Notes under the pieces: model-generated
The model's database searches: none
Told to the model about the DNA's origin: nothing
Seen by the model: only the letters and a program-made list of their open reading frames with translations
Shown here: piece by piece, positions 28,507-37,824 of the stretch
How positions within the stretch are numbered: position 1 is the stretch's first letter
Layout of the letters: each line of letters begins with the position of its first letter
Made by a program: the position numbers and the translations under genes
Origin: Candidatus Woesearchaeota archaeon
GTDB lineage: Archaea > Nanobdellota > Nanobdellia > Woesearchaeales > GW2011-AR4
Direction: 5' to 3'
NCBI GenBank assembly: GCA_016188245.1
Contig: JACPIE010000013.1
Span: forward strand, 21,058 to 85,057
DNA length: 64,000 bases

Positions 28507-29178
28507 TTAGCCGGAAAATTTCTTTATTGCTGCCTCAGCCAGCACATCTATTGTATTAATTTTGGGAAAATTTTCATTATCAAGCATTACTGCAAATTCC
28601 GTGCATCCTAAAACTACAGCTTCAGCTTTCATGTCTAAATATTTCTGGCAGATTTTTCTGACTTTATCTATCTGTTTTTGTTTATCAATTCCCCTGTTGA
28701 AATTAAATATAGCTTCGCTTAATTGCCGCATCTCTTTTTCAGTTGGCTCAAAAGAGTTTACTCCTTCACACCTGTACAACCCTTGTTTTATTGTATTTGG
28801 CGTGCCTATTATCAGGTTTGATTTAATTCCGCTTTGTTTAAGAGTATTTTTTAGCTCTTGCCTTAAATCAAGTATTGGGGTTTTAATCTCATTTTGCAGC
28901 TTTTCGTAGTAAAGATGTATGGTGTTGCACACCATCACAATGAAATCAACGCCGAATTTATCTAATTCTTTCAGCCCTTGCATATACGGATGCAATTCTT
29001 CATCGGAAATTGTATCGTGAATCAGTTCAGGCGCAGGAATGCTGTTGATTACTATTTGGGGAAAATCTCCATTTGTTTTTATTAGTCTTTTTTCCTGCAA
29101 TCTTCCGATTAGTTTATTGTAAAATTCCCCTGTTGCCTCCGGCCCTATGCCGCCCAGAACACCTATTTTTCTATTCAT
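28507..29178 (-). CDS. Aspartate/glutamate racemase family protein
   Basis: IGVLGGIGPEAT, MVCNTIH, LGCTEF two-Cys motifs; start at MNRKIG. Confidence 0.92.
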   Translation of the reverse strand: MNRKIGVLGGIGPEATGEFYNKLIGRLQEKRLIKTNGDFPQIVINSIPAPELIHDTISDEELHPYMQGLKELDKFGVDFIVMVCNTIHLYYEKLQNEIKTPILDLRQELKNTLKQSGIKSNLIIGTPNTIKQGLYRCEGVNSFEPTEKEMRQLSEAIFNFNRGIDKQKQIDKVRKICQKYLDMKAEAVVLGCTEFAVMLDNENFPKINTIDVLAEAAIKKFSG

Positions 29179-30067
29179 TTTTAGCAGCCTCTCTGTAAGG
29201 CATGAGGATGTTTTCAAGAACTAGTGTTTTGGCAGCTTTTTTCAGCTTTCTGCCCTGCAAATCTTGAATTTCATCTTCTGATAGATATGTTCTGCCCAAT
29301 CTAAAGCCAGAGGCGGAAGCTACCCTTAATAAGTACCTTAAAGCCTCTTCCGGCCCTAAAAGAAGTTTTTGCTCTGATTTGTGCAGCGGTTCATCCAAAA
29401 ACAATCTCTGGCCGTTATTGCTTCCCCTATGCTCAGGAACATAATGGGTCACTTTCTCCGGTTCTCCGGTTCCCAAGGCGTAAGCATCTATGACATATGC
29501 AAAGTCAACCTTCATCCCTAATTCCCGCATTATCCCGTCATAGGCTGCTTCCTTGGATGGCCCGATTTTGGCTTCTATTCCTAATTTTTTCCTTAGAAAT
29601 TGGACGCAGGCAATTTCATTAGTTGTATACTTTGTCGCATTTGGGTTGGATCTGAATTTTTCCGGGACTGTCTGCAGAACTTTGGCTGTAAGTTTTTGGT
29701 CTGCAATTCGCTCTTCCGCCTCTCTCAAAACTTTGCTGTAATCCCCAGATTGCATAAAATCAGAAGACAGGATAATTGCAGGATTATGATTATATAATCG
29801 GCTCAGCCCATTTAATGCTCGTTTTGTCTGTACTAATCCTAGAGCAATATGTTCTTCCGGAACATTGTTAAAACGCTGGAATTCATCAACCAGCAAAATA
29901 GAGTATTCTTTTGTTTCAAGCCCAGCCAGAAAAAGGCCAATCATATCAATTGGCACACTGCCATAGCCAAATCCGAGCCCTAAAAAGGATGTTCTTTTAG
30001 ATAAGTCAATTTCTCTTGGTTCCGTATTTTGTATGAGGCTGCCAAAGGCAACCACTCCCCTGTGCAT
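29171..30067 (-). CDS. Hypothetical protein, possible class I aaRS/CDPS-like Rossmann fold
   Basis: 298-aa frame overlapping the racemase start; FLGLG, ILLVD, YTTNE pattern (fold is inference). Confidence 0.6.
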   Translation of the reverse strand: MHRGVVAFGSLIQNTEPREIDLSKRTSFLGLGFGYGSVPIDMIGLFLAGLETKEYSILLVDEFQRFNNVPEEHIALGLVQTKRALNGLSRLYNHNPAIILSSDFMQSGDYSKVLREAEERIADQKLTAKVLQTVPEKFRSNPNATKYTTNEIACVQFLRKKLGIEAKIGPSKEAAYDGIMRELGMKVDFAYVIDAYALGTGEPEKVTHYVPEHRGSNNGQRLFLDEPLHKSEQKLLLGPEEALRYLLRVASASGFRLGRTYLSEDEIQDLQGRKLKKAAKTLVLENILMPYREAAKNE

Positions 30068-30149
30068 TCATTTGAAATCCAAAGTCAAATTCAAATGTAT
30101 ATAAAACATATGTCACAAAAACAAAATATTTATAAAAAAAGGCTTATTT

Positions 30150-30809
30150 GTGTCATTTATGACAAATATAGCTGAACATGTAAAGATATTCCTGGACAAT
30201 GACTTTATCATAAGGAAGTGCCTGTTCAGGAACATTCTCAGCCTGAGGGCGCTTTCCAGATACATGATAAAATCCTTGGATTTGCAGGAAAAGAATCTTG
30301 ATGCAGTCATGAGCGCCATAAGGCGCTACAAAAAAGAACAAAAGGCAAAAACAGGCACAGAATTAAAAAAATTGTTTTCAGGGATTGCTGTAAAAACAAG
30401 AAGCAATATTGTGGACATTTGCGTCAAAAAGAGCAAAAAGATACTTGAGCAGCTGAACAGGATAAACTCGATAGTTGATGTCGAGAAAGGGGAGGTAATA
30501 AGGATTGTGCAGGCGGAAGAGGGCATCAGGATAATAATTGACGAAAAAAACATGGAGAAGCTCTTTGGCTGCATCTCAAAGAATGACTGCACGTCAATTG
30601 AAAAAAACCTGGTTGAAATAAATTTGCACTTTGCTTCAGAAGCATCAAAAACAAAAGGCATAGTTTCTTTAATTTCTTCCAGCTTAAGCGCAGAGGACAT
30701 AAACATAGCTGAAATCATCAGCTGCGCGCCTGAGCTGCTGTTATTCATAAAAAAGGATGATTTGATTAAGGCACTGAATGTTATTAGCAGCCTGGAAAAA
30801 AATGTCTGA
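30150..30809 (+). CDS. ACT-domain putative amino-acid-responsive regulator
   Basis: N-terminal LSLRALSRY...AVMSAIRRY; C-terminal GIVSLISSSL...INIAEIISCAPELLLFI ACT fold. Confidence 0.8.
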   Translation: MSFMTNIAEHVKIFLDNDFIIRKCLFRNILSLRALSRYMIKSLDLQEKNLDAVMSAIRRYKKEQKAKTGTELKKLFSGIAVKTRSNIVDICVKKSKKILEQLNRINSIVDVEKGEVIRIVQAEEGIRIIIDEKNMEKLFGCISKNDCTSIEKNLVEINLHFASEASKTKGIVSLISSSLSAEDINIAEIISCAPELLLFIKKDDLIKALNVISSLEKNV

Positions 30810-30939
30810 TTTTGTGATTTTGTTCTGGGTTGCCCGATATGCCTCAAAGAAATTAATATACCATTCCCTATATTAATATACTAAAACGTTACATTTAAAT
30901 ATGACCTATAATATTAAAAATCCTTCTTGAGGTGATTGG

Positions 30940-31875
30940 ATGAGAAAAATAGCGGTATTCAGCCAAAAAGGCGGTGTTGGCAAGACAACAACATCTGTAA
31001 ATCTTGCAGCGGGCCTGTCAAGAAACAACAAAAAGGTCCTTTTGATTGATTTGGATCCTCAGGGGGACGTTTATTCATGCCAGAATATTGACGCAAAATA
31101 CAACATCTGCCATTTTCTCATGGAAGGCGCTTCACTGCAGGAATGCACAAGCAAGCTCGGCAAAAACCTTGAGGTAATCCATTCAGACCACAAGCTTGCT
31201 GAAGCAGAGCAGCAGATAAGCAAAGAAAAAGACAGCATAAGCTTCCTTGAAAAGAAATTTTCACAAGTTAAAGGGTATGACTACATAATTCTTGACTGCC
31301 CGCCTTCATGGAGGCTTTTGAACAAAAATGCGCTGGAATATGCAAGCGAAGTTATTATTCCCGCTTCAGCAGATATTCTCGGCTATGCAGCTCTTGAAAA
31401 AACTGTCAGGCGGATCATGGAATTCAGCAGCTTCAACCACCATACTGAATTTGTCAGCTCTATCCTGCCAACCATGTTTGATGCAAGGAGCAGGGTTTGC
31501 GCTGAAGCTCTTGCCAGAATGAAAAAAGAGTTCACTCCGCTGCTGGTTGCAGATCCGATAAGGGCAAATTCAAAGCTCAAGGAAGCCCCAAAGGCAAAAA
31601 TGTCAATTTTCAGCTATGACAAAGGCTCGGCAGGCGCGGAAGACTACTGGAAATTCACAAAAACAGTTTTAGAAAGAGAATTCATGTACGATTTAAGCAT
31701 TCCCGGCCAGCAAAGGGAAAAGGCAGTCAAAGACTATTTTGTAAACGGCAAAAAGAGAGAGCTGATTATGGCCAGAAACAAATCTGTTTTCGGCTTCAGA
31801 TTTATGTCAAATTTTACAAGCTCTGTAAAAAGCGCATTTGACGGCAAGAAGCAGAAGAAGGCGGGCTATGCTTGA
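30940..31875 (+). CDS. ParA/Soj family ATPase
   Basis: QKGGVGKTTT, LLIDLDPQG, YDYIILDCPP; GAGGTG ribosome site. Confidence 0.92.
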   Translation: MRKIAVFSQKGGVGKTTTSVNLAAGLSRNNKKVLLIDLDPQGDVYSCQNIDAKYNICHFLMEGASLQECTSKLGKNLEVIHSDHKLAEAEQQISKEKDSISFLEKKFSQVKGYDYIILDCPPSWRLLNKNALEYASEVIIPASADILGYAALEKTVRRIMEFSSFNHHTEFVSSILPTMFDARSRVCAEALARMKKEFTPLLVADPIRANSKLKEAPKAKMSIFSYDKGSAGAEDYWKFTKTVLEREFMYDLSIPGQQREKAVKDYFVNGKKRELIMARNKSVFGFRFMSNFTSSVKSAFDGKKQKKAGYA

Positions 31876-31996
31876 AAAAATAAAGATAATAATCATCGTG
31901 ATGATTGGCATTTTATTGTTTAACATGTTTTATGAATTGTATTTCTATTTTGCCAAATCGCTGTTTTATTTTATAAAGAACAAAAATCTGGCTTAA
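31868..31996 (+). CDS. Possible 42-aa single-TM peptide
   Basis: MLEKIKIIIIVMIGILLFNMFYELYF...; overlaps the ParA stop. Confidence 0.35.
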   Translation: MLEKIKIIIIVMIGILLFNMFYELYFYFAKSLFYFIKNKNLA

Positions 31997-32186
31997 ATAT
32001 CAATAACACCTTGGCTGTCTAGCGGTTTCTTTTGTTGCTTCAGCCATTTAAGAGTTTGGCTATTCTGATGATTTTTGGGCTTATGGGGAAAAAACTGGCA
32101 GAAAATCTGTCAGGTTTAGATAGGTTTTTAAATAAATATCCCTTATTTGTTATAAAAAGGGGAATTCTTTTTTTTATATTGGAAAG

Positions 32187-32756
32187 ATGGAAAGGAAGTA
32201 CACGGTAAGAATTGGAAGCATGAATATGATTGACTTAGATAGGCTTAGGGATGAATTTCAAAGTGGTAGTTTTCATGATACATTTAAACCAACAGAAGTT
32301 TTCCTGGGCGGCAGTAATTTATTTATTGTAACCGATACTGGTGATGAAATTAGAGCAAGGTATCAAAGTATTGGATATGCCTTTGTAGGGCCTTTAGAGC
32401 AACAAAATATGTTAAATGCAGTAAAATCTGCTTTAGGTGTAGCAAAAATTTTAACCGCCTTTCCAATAAGTTTTAACCCAAATCTATTAAGCTTATATCT
32501 AGGCCATTTTAGTGGTGGGGACGCAGAATTTGAAAAGGAGATGAGGCCTATTGCAATAGCTTTACAAAAAAGGTTATATGGGGGTGGCGGCATCGGGTAT
32601 ACTCAATCTTCAAATGATTTTTCATTAGATTTGGGAACAGAGCAGGAAATAGGAGAAAAACAAGGAATTCTTAAAGTTAAAAAAATAGAAGTTGAAGGGG
32701 CAGCACAGCCAGCAAATTCTTTAGACGAGTTATTAGATAGATTAAAACAAAAATAA
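32187..32756 (+). CDS. Hypothetical protein
   Basis: 189-aa AT-rich frame with its own TATA. Confidence 0.6.
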   Translation: MERKYTVRIGSMNMIDLDRLRDEFQSGSFHDTFKPTEVFLGGSNLFIVTDTGDEIRARYQSIGYAFVGPLEQQNMLNAVKSALGVAKILTAFPISFNPNLLSLYLGHFSGGDAEFEKEMRPIAIALQKRLYGGGGIGYTQSSNDFSLDLGTEQEIGEKQGILKVKKIEVEGAAQPANSLDELLDRLKQK

Positions 32757-32758
32757 AT

Positions 32759-33205
32759 CTAAATATCCACCACCACGGTAGCTTTGTAGCCATTCTTTTC
32801 TTTCTTGAGCTCGAACATGTGCATTGTGATTGCCTTTATGTCATTTTCCAGATGCTGCACTTCGGGATTTATCCTGTCGCCTTCAAGGACTGCCTTGAGG
32901 CAGTTTTTCTTGCCCTCGCTTATTGCAACATGAACATTCTTAAAAACCATGTACTTTGAATCCTTCAAAAATAAGATTTCAGAAAGAAAATCATACAAAA
33001 GATTATCAAGCTTCACGTTTTCCAGCTCAAATTCAACTTTCTTTACTGCATCAATCGTTTCAACATCTGCACTTAATTCAAAGATTGCCGATGCTGCGTT
33101 CTCGAATAATTCGTTAAGGGTTTTTCCGTAAGCTTCAAATGCAATGTCGGCTATCGCTACATCTTCAAGAAACCTGTATTTTGTCCTGTCGTTGTTGATG
33201 TTCAT
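32759..33205 (-). CDS. Archease (RtcB activator)
   Basis: ADIAFEAYGKTLNELFENAA, LLYDFLSEILFL, IKAITMH, terminal VVVDI. Confidence 0.93.
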   Translation of the reverse strand: MNINNDRTKYRFLEDVAIADIAFEAYGKTLNELFENAASAIFELSADVETIDAVKKVEFELENVKLDNLLYDFLSEILFLKDSKYMVFKNVHVAISEGKKNCLKAVLEGDRINPEVQHLENDIKAITMHMFELKKEKNGYKATVVVDI

Positions 33206-33206
33206 T

Positions 33207-33956
33207 TTAATGCCGGAACAGTTCTCCAATAATCCATATTAAAAAGATGCCAAGCGCAAGCAAAGCAAACTGGACAAGTGATTTTTTCAGGTCCTTCTCC
33301 TTTTGTATTTCTGGAATCAAATCAGTGCTTGCAATGTAAACAAAACCGCCAACGGCAAAAGATGTCAGGAAGGTGCTTGAGTTTTGGATTGCGCTTGAGT
33401 AAAAGTATGCAGCCAATGCCCCTATAACTGCAGTCAGGGCAGTCATAAAATTGTAAACCAGCGCTTTCGTTTTTGAGAATCCGCCATATATTAAGATTGA
33501 AAAATCAGCTATCTCCTGGGGAATTTCGTGCGCAATTATCGCTATTGTGGCAACAATGCCGAGCGCTGTGCTGTTCATGAAGCTCACCGCGATAACCGCG
33601 CCGTCAAGGAAATTGTGGATTGCGTCCCCAACAATATTAAGGTACGTGAAGCCGTGCACTTCCTCGTGCTCATGCCCTGCATGGTGGTGGTGCCAGTGCA
33701 GGAACTTTTCCAGAATGAAAAAAGACAATATGCCGAGCAGAATAAAAACAGGCACGCTTTCTTTAAATCCTTCTTCAAGAGCTTCTGGAAGCAGGTCAAG
33801 AAATGCCGCCCCCAGCAGGGTTCCTGCTGCAAAGCTTACAAGAAAAAACAAAATTTTATTCAGGGTTTTTTTCCGGAAAAAAATCAGGATCCCCAGAATG
33901 GAGACTAAGCTGACTATAAAGACTGCGATAAGGATTTGTGCAAGGATTGTCAACAT
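33207..33956 (-). CDS. ZIP-family zinc transporter
   Basis: FAAGTLLG, His-rich loop, GDAIHNFLDG, HEIPQE. Confidence 0.93.
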   Translation of the reverse strand: MLTILAQILIAVFIVSLVSILGILIFFRKKTLNKILFFLVSFAAGTLLGAAFLDLLPEALEEGFKESVPVFILLGILSFFILEKFLHWHHHHAGHEHEEVHGFTYLNIVGDAIHNFLDGAVIAVSFMNSTALGIVATIAIIAHEIPQEIADFSILIYGGFSKTKALVYNFMTALTAVIGALAAYFYSSAIQNSSTFLTSFAVGGFVYIASTDLIPEIQKEKDLKKSLVQFALLALGIFLIWIIGELFRH

Positions 33957-33965
33957 TTTATATCA

Positions 33966-35468
33966 TCACCCCTTTATATTCCCCACGGGCTTCAGTCCTA
34001 TAACCGGCTTTGATATTCCAGCCTGTGAAACCGCGTCAATCACATCGTTAATGTTTTTATAGGCAAAACCAGCTTCCTCAGCCAGCCCGGGCATTGAAGT
34101 TGCTTTCACATAAATCCCTCTCTTTTCCATGTCTTTCTGCAATTGCTCTCCTCTTACTTGGTGCTTTGCAGCAGCCCTTGACATTGTCCTGCCGCTTCCA
34201 TGTGCTGTGCTGCCAAAAGTTTCATCCATTGCCTTTTGTGTCCCTACTAGCAAAAATGAGCCAGTTTCCATCGAGCCCCCTATGATTACGGGCTGCCCTG
34301 TGTTTTTGAAAAGCGGTGCAAGCTCAGGATGACCCGGAGGAAATGCTCTTGTGCTTCCCTTTCTGTGAACAACCAATTTTTTCTTGTGCCCATCAACAAC
34401 ATGCTCTTCCAGCTTTGCTATATTATGCGCAACATCATAAACCATGTGCATCTCAAGCTTTTCAGCATCTGTTTTGAAAACTTTTGAAAATCCTTCCCTA
34501 ATCCTGTGTAGAATAACTTGGCGATTTGCAAAAGCCATGTTCGCTGCGCATGCCATTGCCTTGTAATAATCCTGGCCTTCATTGCTTTGGAAAGGGGCGC
34601 ATGCAAGCTCTCTGTCGTAAACCTCAATATTATATTTTTTCATCACTCCTTCAAAAATCCTCAAATAGTCTGTTCCAATCTGGTGCCCAAACCCTCTTGA
34701 GCCGCAGTGAACCATGACAACAACCTGCTCTGGTGTGTGAATTCCAAATTTCTTTGCAATTTCAGCATCAAAGATATTTTCTGCCCTTGCAACCTGTATT
34801 TCTAGATAATGGTTTCCGGAGCCCAAAGTTCCCAGTTGCTTTATTCCGCGTTCCATTGCTCTTGAGCTTACTTTCTCCGGCTCCGCCCAGTCAATCCTTC
34901 CATAGCCTTCTGTCCTTTCCAAATCTTCTTTCCATCCATATCCATTTTCAGCGCACCATTTTGAGCCGTAAGCCATGATTTCCCTGAATTGTGACTTGCT
35001 CGCGTCAACAAATCCTCTTGAGCCGACTCCGGAAGGAACAGTCTTGAACATCGTGTCAACCAATTCTTTTAATTTTGGCTGGACTTCTTTATAGGTCAGA
35101 TTAGTTGTAACCAGGCGCATTCCGCAATTTATGTCAAAGCCGATTCCGCCCGGAGAGATAACTCCTGTTTCTGCGTCAAAAGCAGCAACGCCGCCGATTG
35201 GAAATCCGTAGCCCCACTTGTCTTGCTGTAGAACTAACTACAAAGCAAAATGACCATCGGGCATACAAAAACTGTATTTCTGGATTCCTGGCAGGCAAGC
35301 CACATTCGTTACCTGATTAAAGACACCATTATCCATTTCCGCAAGAAGCTTTTTAGTGGCATATATTCTTGCAGGAACTAGCATTCCTTTCTTATAGGAT
35401 TGCGGTATCTCCCAAACTACATCACTAATTTGCCTGATGTCTTTTGGTCTTTCCAAATTTCGTTCCAT
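33966..35468 (-). CDS. rtcB: tRNA-splicing ligase RtcB; exons 35468-35250 and 35216-33966 (489 aa spliced)
   Basis: Exon 1 ends MPDGH. Exon 2 begins WGYGFPIGGVAAFD...SPGGIGFDINCG and contains GTLGSGNH, HCGSRG, HNIA, HRKG, PVIIGGSM and STAHGSGR. Confidence 0.95.
35217..35249 (-). other. Putative 33-nt BHB-type mRNA intron in rtcB with in-frame UAG
   Basis: The insert TTTGCTTTGTAGTTAGTTCTACAGCAAGACAAG forms a hairpin; GUC/GAC helix with AU|U and AG|U bulges at the boundaries. Confidence 0.85.
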
Positions 35469-35627
35469 TTAGTTCCTCCTTCCTGTTCTTATTAGATAAC
35501 AATATTTAGAACCTGCATTCTTTCTCCAAGGTCCGAATATAGCCGCAGAAATGTTGTGTTTATTTAAAGCTTTTCTTAACCCTGTAAGGTTTTTGCTTAT
35601 GGTTGAATCAATGAATAGGTTATGGAG

Positions 35628-35656
35628 TTTAAATATTCATGTTAGGATGTCCAGTA
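35628..35656 (-). promoter_or_regulatory. ACTGGACAT-N7-TGAATATTTAAA promoter upstream of rtcB
   Basis: Same motif and near-identical spacing at 36814 (+) and 51798-51827 (-). Confidence 0.55.
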
Positions 35657-35835
35657 TTAAATTAATGGATCTTTATTTTCAATATGGCAAACGAAATTCG
35701 CATTTTCACTCGTAAATGAATTCTTTTCAATATTATAAAAAATAAGATTTTATGAGCTTTTTCGCAAAGCATATAAACCGAATTGCCGCTATTCTGGCGA
35801 TAGGAAAACAGATAATTCAAAGCGAGGTGTTTTAA

Positions 35836-35880
35836 ATGGCAAAAAAGAAAAAGGAAACAAAAGACCAGTGCAGTTGCTGA
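35836..35880 (+). CDS. Putative 14-aa peptide MAKKKKETKDQCSC
   Basis: GAGGTG ribosome site 6 nt upstream; TATA (CATATAAAC) near 35769. Confidence 0.35.
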   Translation: MAKKKKETKDQCSC

Positions 35881-36049
35881 CTGGACCCAATTACAGTATG
35901 TGATATTTATTCAAAATTTTTAATTTCTTTTTTATTTTTTAATATAAGTTTAAAGAAAAAAATCGGAGGTTTTCGAATTTGATTCTTGGATGCTTAAAAT
36001 TTTCAATATTCAATAAATTTAAATATAAATCAATCAAATCAGCTGTAAA

Positions 36050-36466
36050 ATGCAGATAAAAGACCTAAAGCCAAAGCAGGGAAATGTGGATGTTGTTGTT
36101 GATGTAATTGATGTCGGCGAAACTAGGGAGTTCAACAAGTTCGGCAAGCCGGGCAGGGTTGCAAATGCAATTGCAAAAGACGAGACTGGCGACATAAAGC
36201 TTACATTGTGGAATGATGACATTGAAAAAGTAAAAGCAGGAGACAAGGTTCACCTTTCAAACGGGTATGTGAATGAATGGCAGGGAGAGATGCAGCTGAC
36301 AACAGGAAGAATGGGAAAGATTGAAGTTGTCGGAAAAGCAAGCGCTGAGGATAGTTCTGATGCAAAGATAAGGACAAACATTCCTGCAGAAGAAAGCAAA
36401 GAGGATTTTGAAGAGCTTGATGTCGAAGAAGAAGACGTTGAAGATGCCGATGATGGGGAAATCTAA
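36050..36466 (+). CDS. Single OB-fold ssDNA-binding protein (SSB/RPA-like)
   Basis: IKDLKP..GNV, GRVANA..KDETGDIKLTLWN, NGYVNEWQG; acidic tail. Confidence 0.92.
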   Translation: MQIKDLKPKQGNVDVVVDVIDVGETREFNKFGKPGRVANAIAKDETGDIKLTLWNDDIEKVKAGDKVHLSNGYVNEWQGEMQLTTGRMGKIEVVGKASAEDSSDAKIRTNIPAEESKEDFEELDVEEEDVEDADDGEI

Positions 36467-36493
36467 AATCCAAATAGAAAGGCTTTTAAATTA

Positions 36494-36691
36494 TTATCTT
36501 GTTCTTGGAATTAGCCTTTTATCCTTAAAATAGAAATAAAAATATGCTAATGCTCCACCTACTCCTCCGCCGACTCCTCCAGCTAAATACCTAATCTTTA
36601 TTAAGTTTATACCAATAAATGCACCAATTGCTGTTGATAGCAAGAAGATTATCCACCTAACTACACTAAATTTTACATCCATGTGCTTCAT
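36494..36691 (-). CDS. Small 2-TM hypothetical protein
   Basis: Gly-rich hydrophobic 65-aa frame with upstream TATA. Confidence 0.5.
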   Translation of the reverse strand: MKHMDVKFSVVRWIIFLLSTAIGAFIGINLIKIRYLAGGVGGGVGGALAYFYFYFKDKRLIPRTR

Positions 36692-36813
36692 TATTTATCT
36701 TGATATAATGCCATATATAAACTTTCTTCAATTTAATAGATTATTCAAATTTGCCTTATTTTAAATCGCCTTAACTACTATTTCAACTACCAAAATATGA
36801 TTTCTGGTTTGAC

Positions 36814-36843
36814 CACTGGACATGCGCGTGTGAAATATTTAAA
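36814..36843 (+). promoter_or_regulatory. CACTGGACAT-N7-TGAAATATTTAAA promoter of the LAGLIDADG gene
   Basis: Shared motif; precedes a GGTGA ribosome site and the ATG at 36892. Confidence 0.55.
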
Positions 36844-36891
36844 CCCCAAACCATTTACGTAGTCTCAATTTAAAAAAGATGGTGATATAAA

Positions 36892-37671
36892 ATGAAATTT
36901 GATGTGTTATTAAATTTTGAAGATGTACTCAGTACTTACAAATCAACTGAAGCCGGAGTAAAAGCACTGTCCAAATATTCATATTGGTTTCCTTTAAGAG
37001 AGTCTCCAAGTTTAGCTGGAATAGTTGCAGATTTAATGGGTGATGGCCATTTGCAAGATTATCCTAAATTAAGACTTGATTATACTTCAAAATCTATAGA
37101 TGAGCTTAACAGATTTAATACCGAGGTTTATAATGTGTTTGGAGTTAAAGGAAAGATAAGAAAATGTAACACAAACCATTATGGCACATTAAATTTAGGT
37201 ATTAACTCTAAACCTCTCGTTAGAGTTTTAAAGTTGATAGGAGTACCAACCGGTTCAAAGGTTTTGACTAAATTTTCAATTCCTAAATGGATTCTTGAAG
37301 ATCGAATTTTGCTTTCAAGATTTATAAATAGATTATTTAGCTGTGAGGGAAGTGTGGATTTAAAAAGCAAATATTTAGAAATTCAAATGTATAAGGCTGA
37401 ACACCTAATAGAAAACGGGATTTTATTTTTCAAGGAAATCAAATTCTATTTGGATGCTTATTTTGATATTAAAACAACTGAGCCATTTACAGGCAACACT
37501 TTTAATTTGCGTTGCGATAGAGTTAAAACAAGACCAATCCGATTAAAGATCAAACAAATGAATTCCTTACTTAAATTTAAAAACTTAGTAGGTATGGAAG
37601 ATTCTGCCAAGATGAAAAGATTAAACGTCATAACAGAAAGTAATTTAAATAAAATGCAGATTCTGACATAG
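36892..37671 (+). CDS. Free-standing two-motif LAGLIDADG endonuclease
   Basis: LAGIVADLMGDGHL and FINRLFSCEGSV helices, GVPTGSK...IPKWI; AT-rich; no intein ends. Confidence 0.88.
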   Translation: MKFDVLLNFEDVLSTYKSTEAGVKALSKYSYWFPLRESPSLAGIVADLMGDGHLQDYPKLRLDYTSKSIDELNRFNTEVYNVFGVKGKIRKCNTNHYGTLNLGINSKPLVRVLKLIGVPTGSKVLTKFSIPKWILEDRILLSRFINRLFSCEGSVDLKSKYLEIQMYKAEHLIENGILFFKEIKFYLDAYFDIKTTEPFTGNTFNLRCDRVKTRPIRLKIKQMNSLLKFKNLVGMEDSAKMKRLNVITESNLNKMQILT

Positions 37672-37690
37672 AGGCTGAGTATTTATGGGG

Positions 37691-37721
37691 ATTTTATAAG
37701 CTGAGGTTTATAGGACCAGAA
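37691..37721 (+). other. tRNA intron 1 (31 nt) at position 4/5 in the acceptor stem
   Basis: Hairpin TTTTATAAGC/GTTTATAGGA; helix (A)TGG/CCA(G) with GG|A and AA|C bulges. Confidence 0.85.
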
Positions 37722-37738
37722 CGGTAGCTCAGCCTGGG

Positions 37739-37766
37739 TAAAAACAGGCTTGCCTGTGTTCAGGAA
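37739..37766 (+). other. tRNA intron 2 (28 nt) in the D-loop (about 20/21)
   Basis: Perfect CCTG/CAGG helix, GG|T and AA|A bulges, internal ACAGG/CCTGT hairpin. Confidence 0.88.
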
Positions 37767-37783
37767 AGAGCACACGGCTGAAG

Positions 37784-37824
37784 GACGGTATTCTGAGCAA
37801 AGAGATTTGCGATGAAATTCCGAT
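37784..37824 (+). other. tRNA intron 3 (41 nt) at canonical 37/38
   Basis: Removal restores the CACGG-CTGAAGA-CCGTG anticodon arm; internal GCAAA/TTTGC hairpin. Confidence 0.88.

Noticed and set aside
35238..35240. UAG read-through (pyrrolysine or recoding) or simple pseudogene as the explanation for split rtcB
   Set aside because: Read-through would insert 11 residues into the metal-binding PDGH-WGYG motif. TAG ends other genes here (for example metG and the Fe-S carrier). Both exons are otherwise intact, and the insert ends match BHB cut positions.
35878..35880. Selenocysteine read-through of the TGA after CSC
   Set aside because: The downstream frame is low-complexity T-rich sequence and no archaeal SECIS was recognised.
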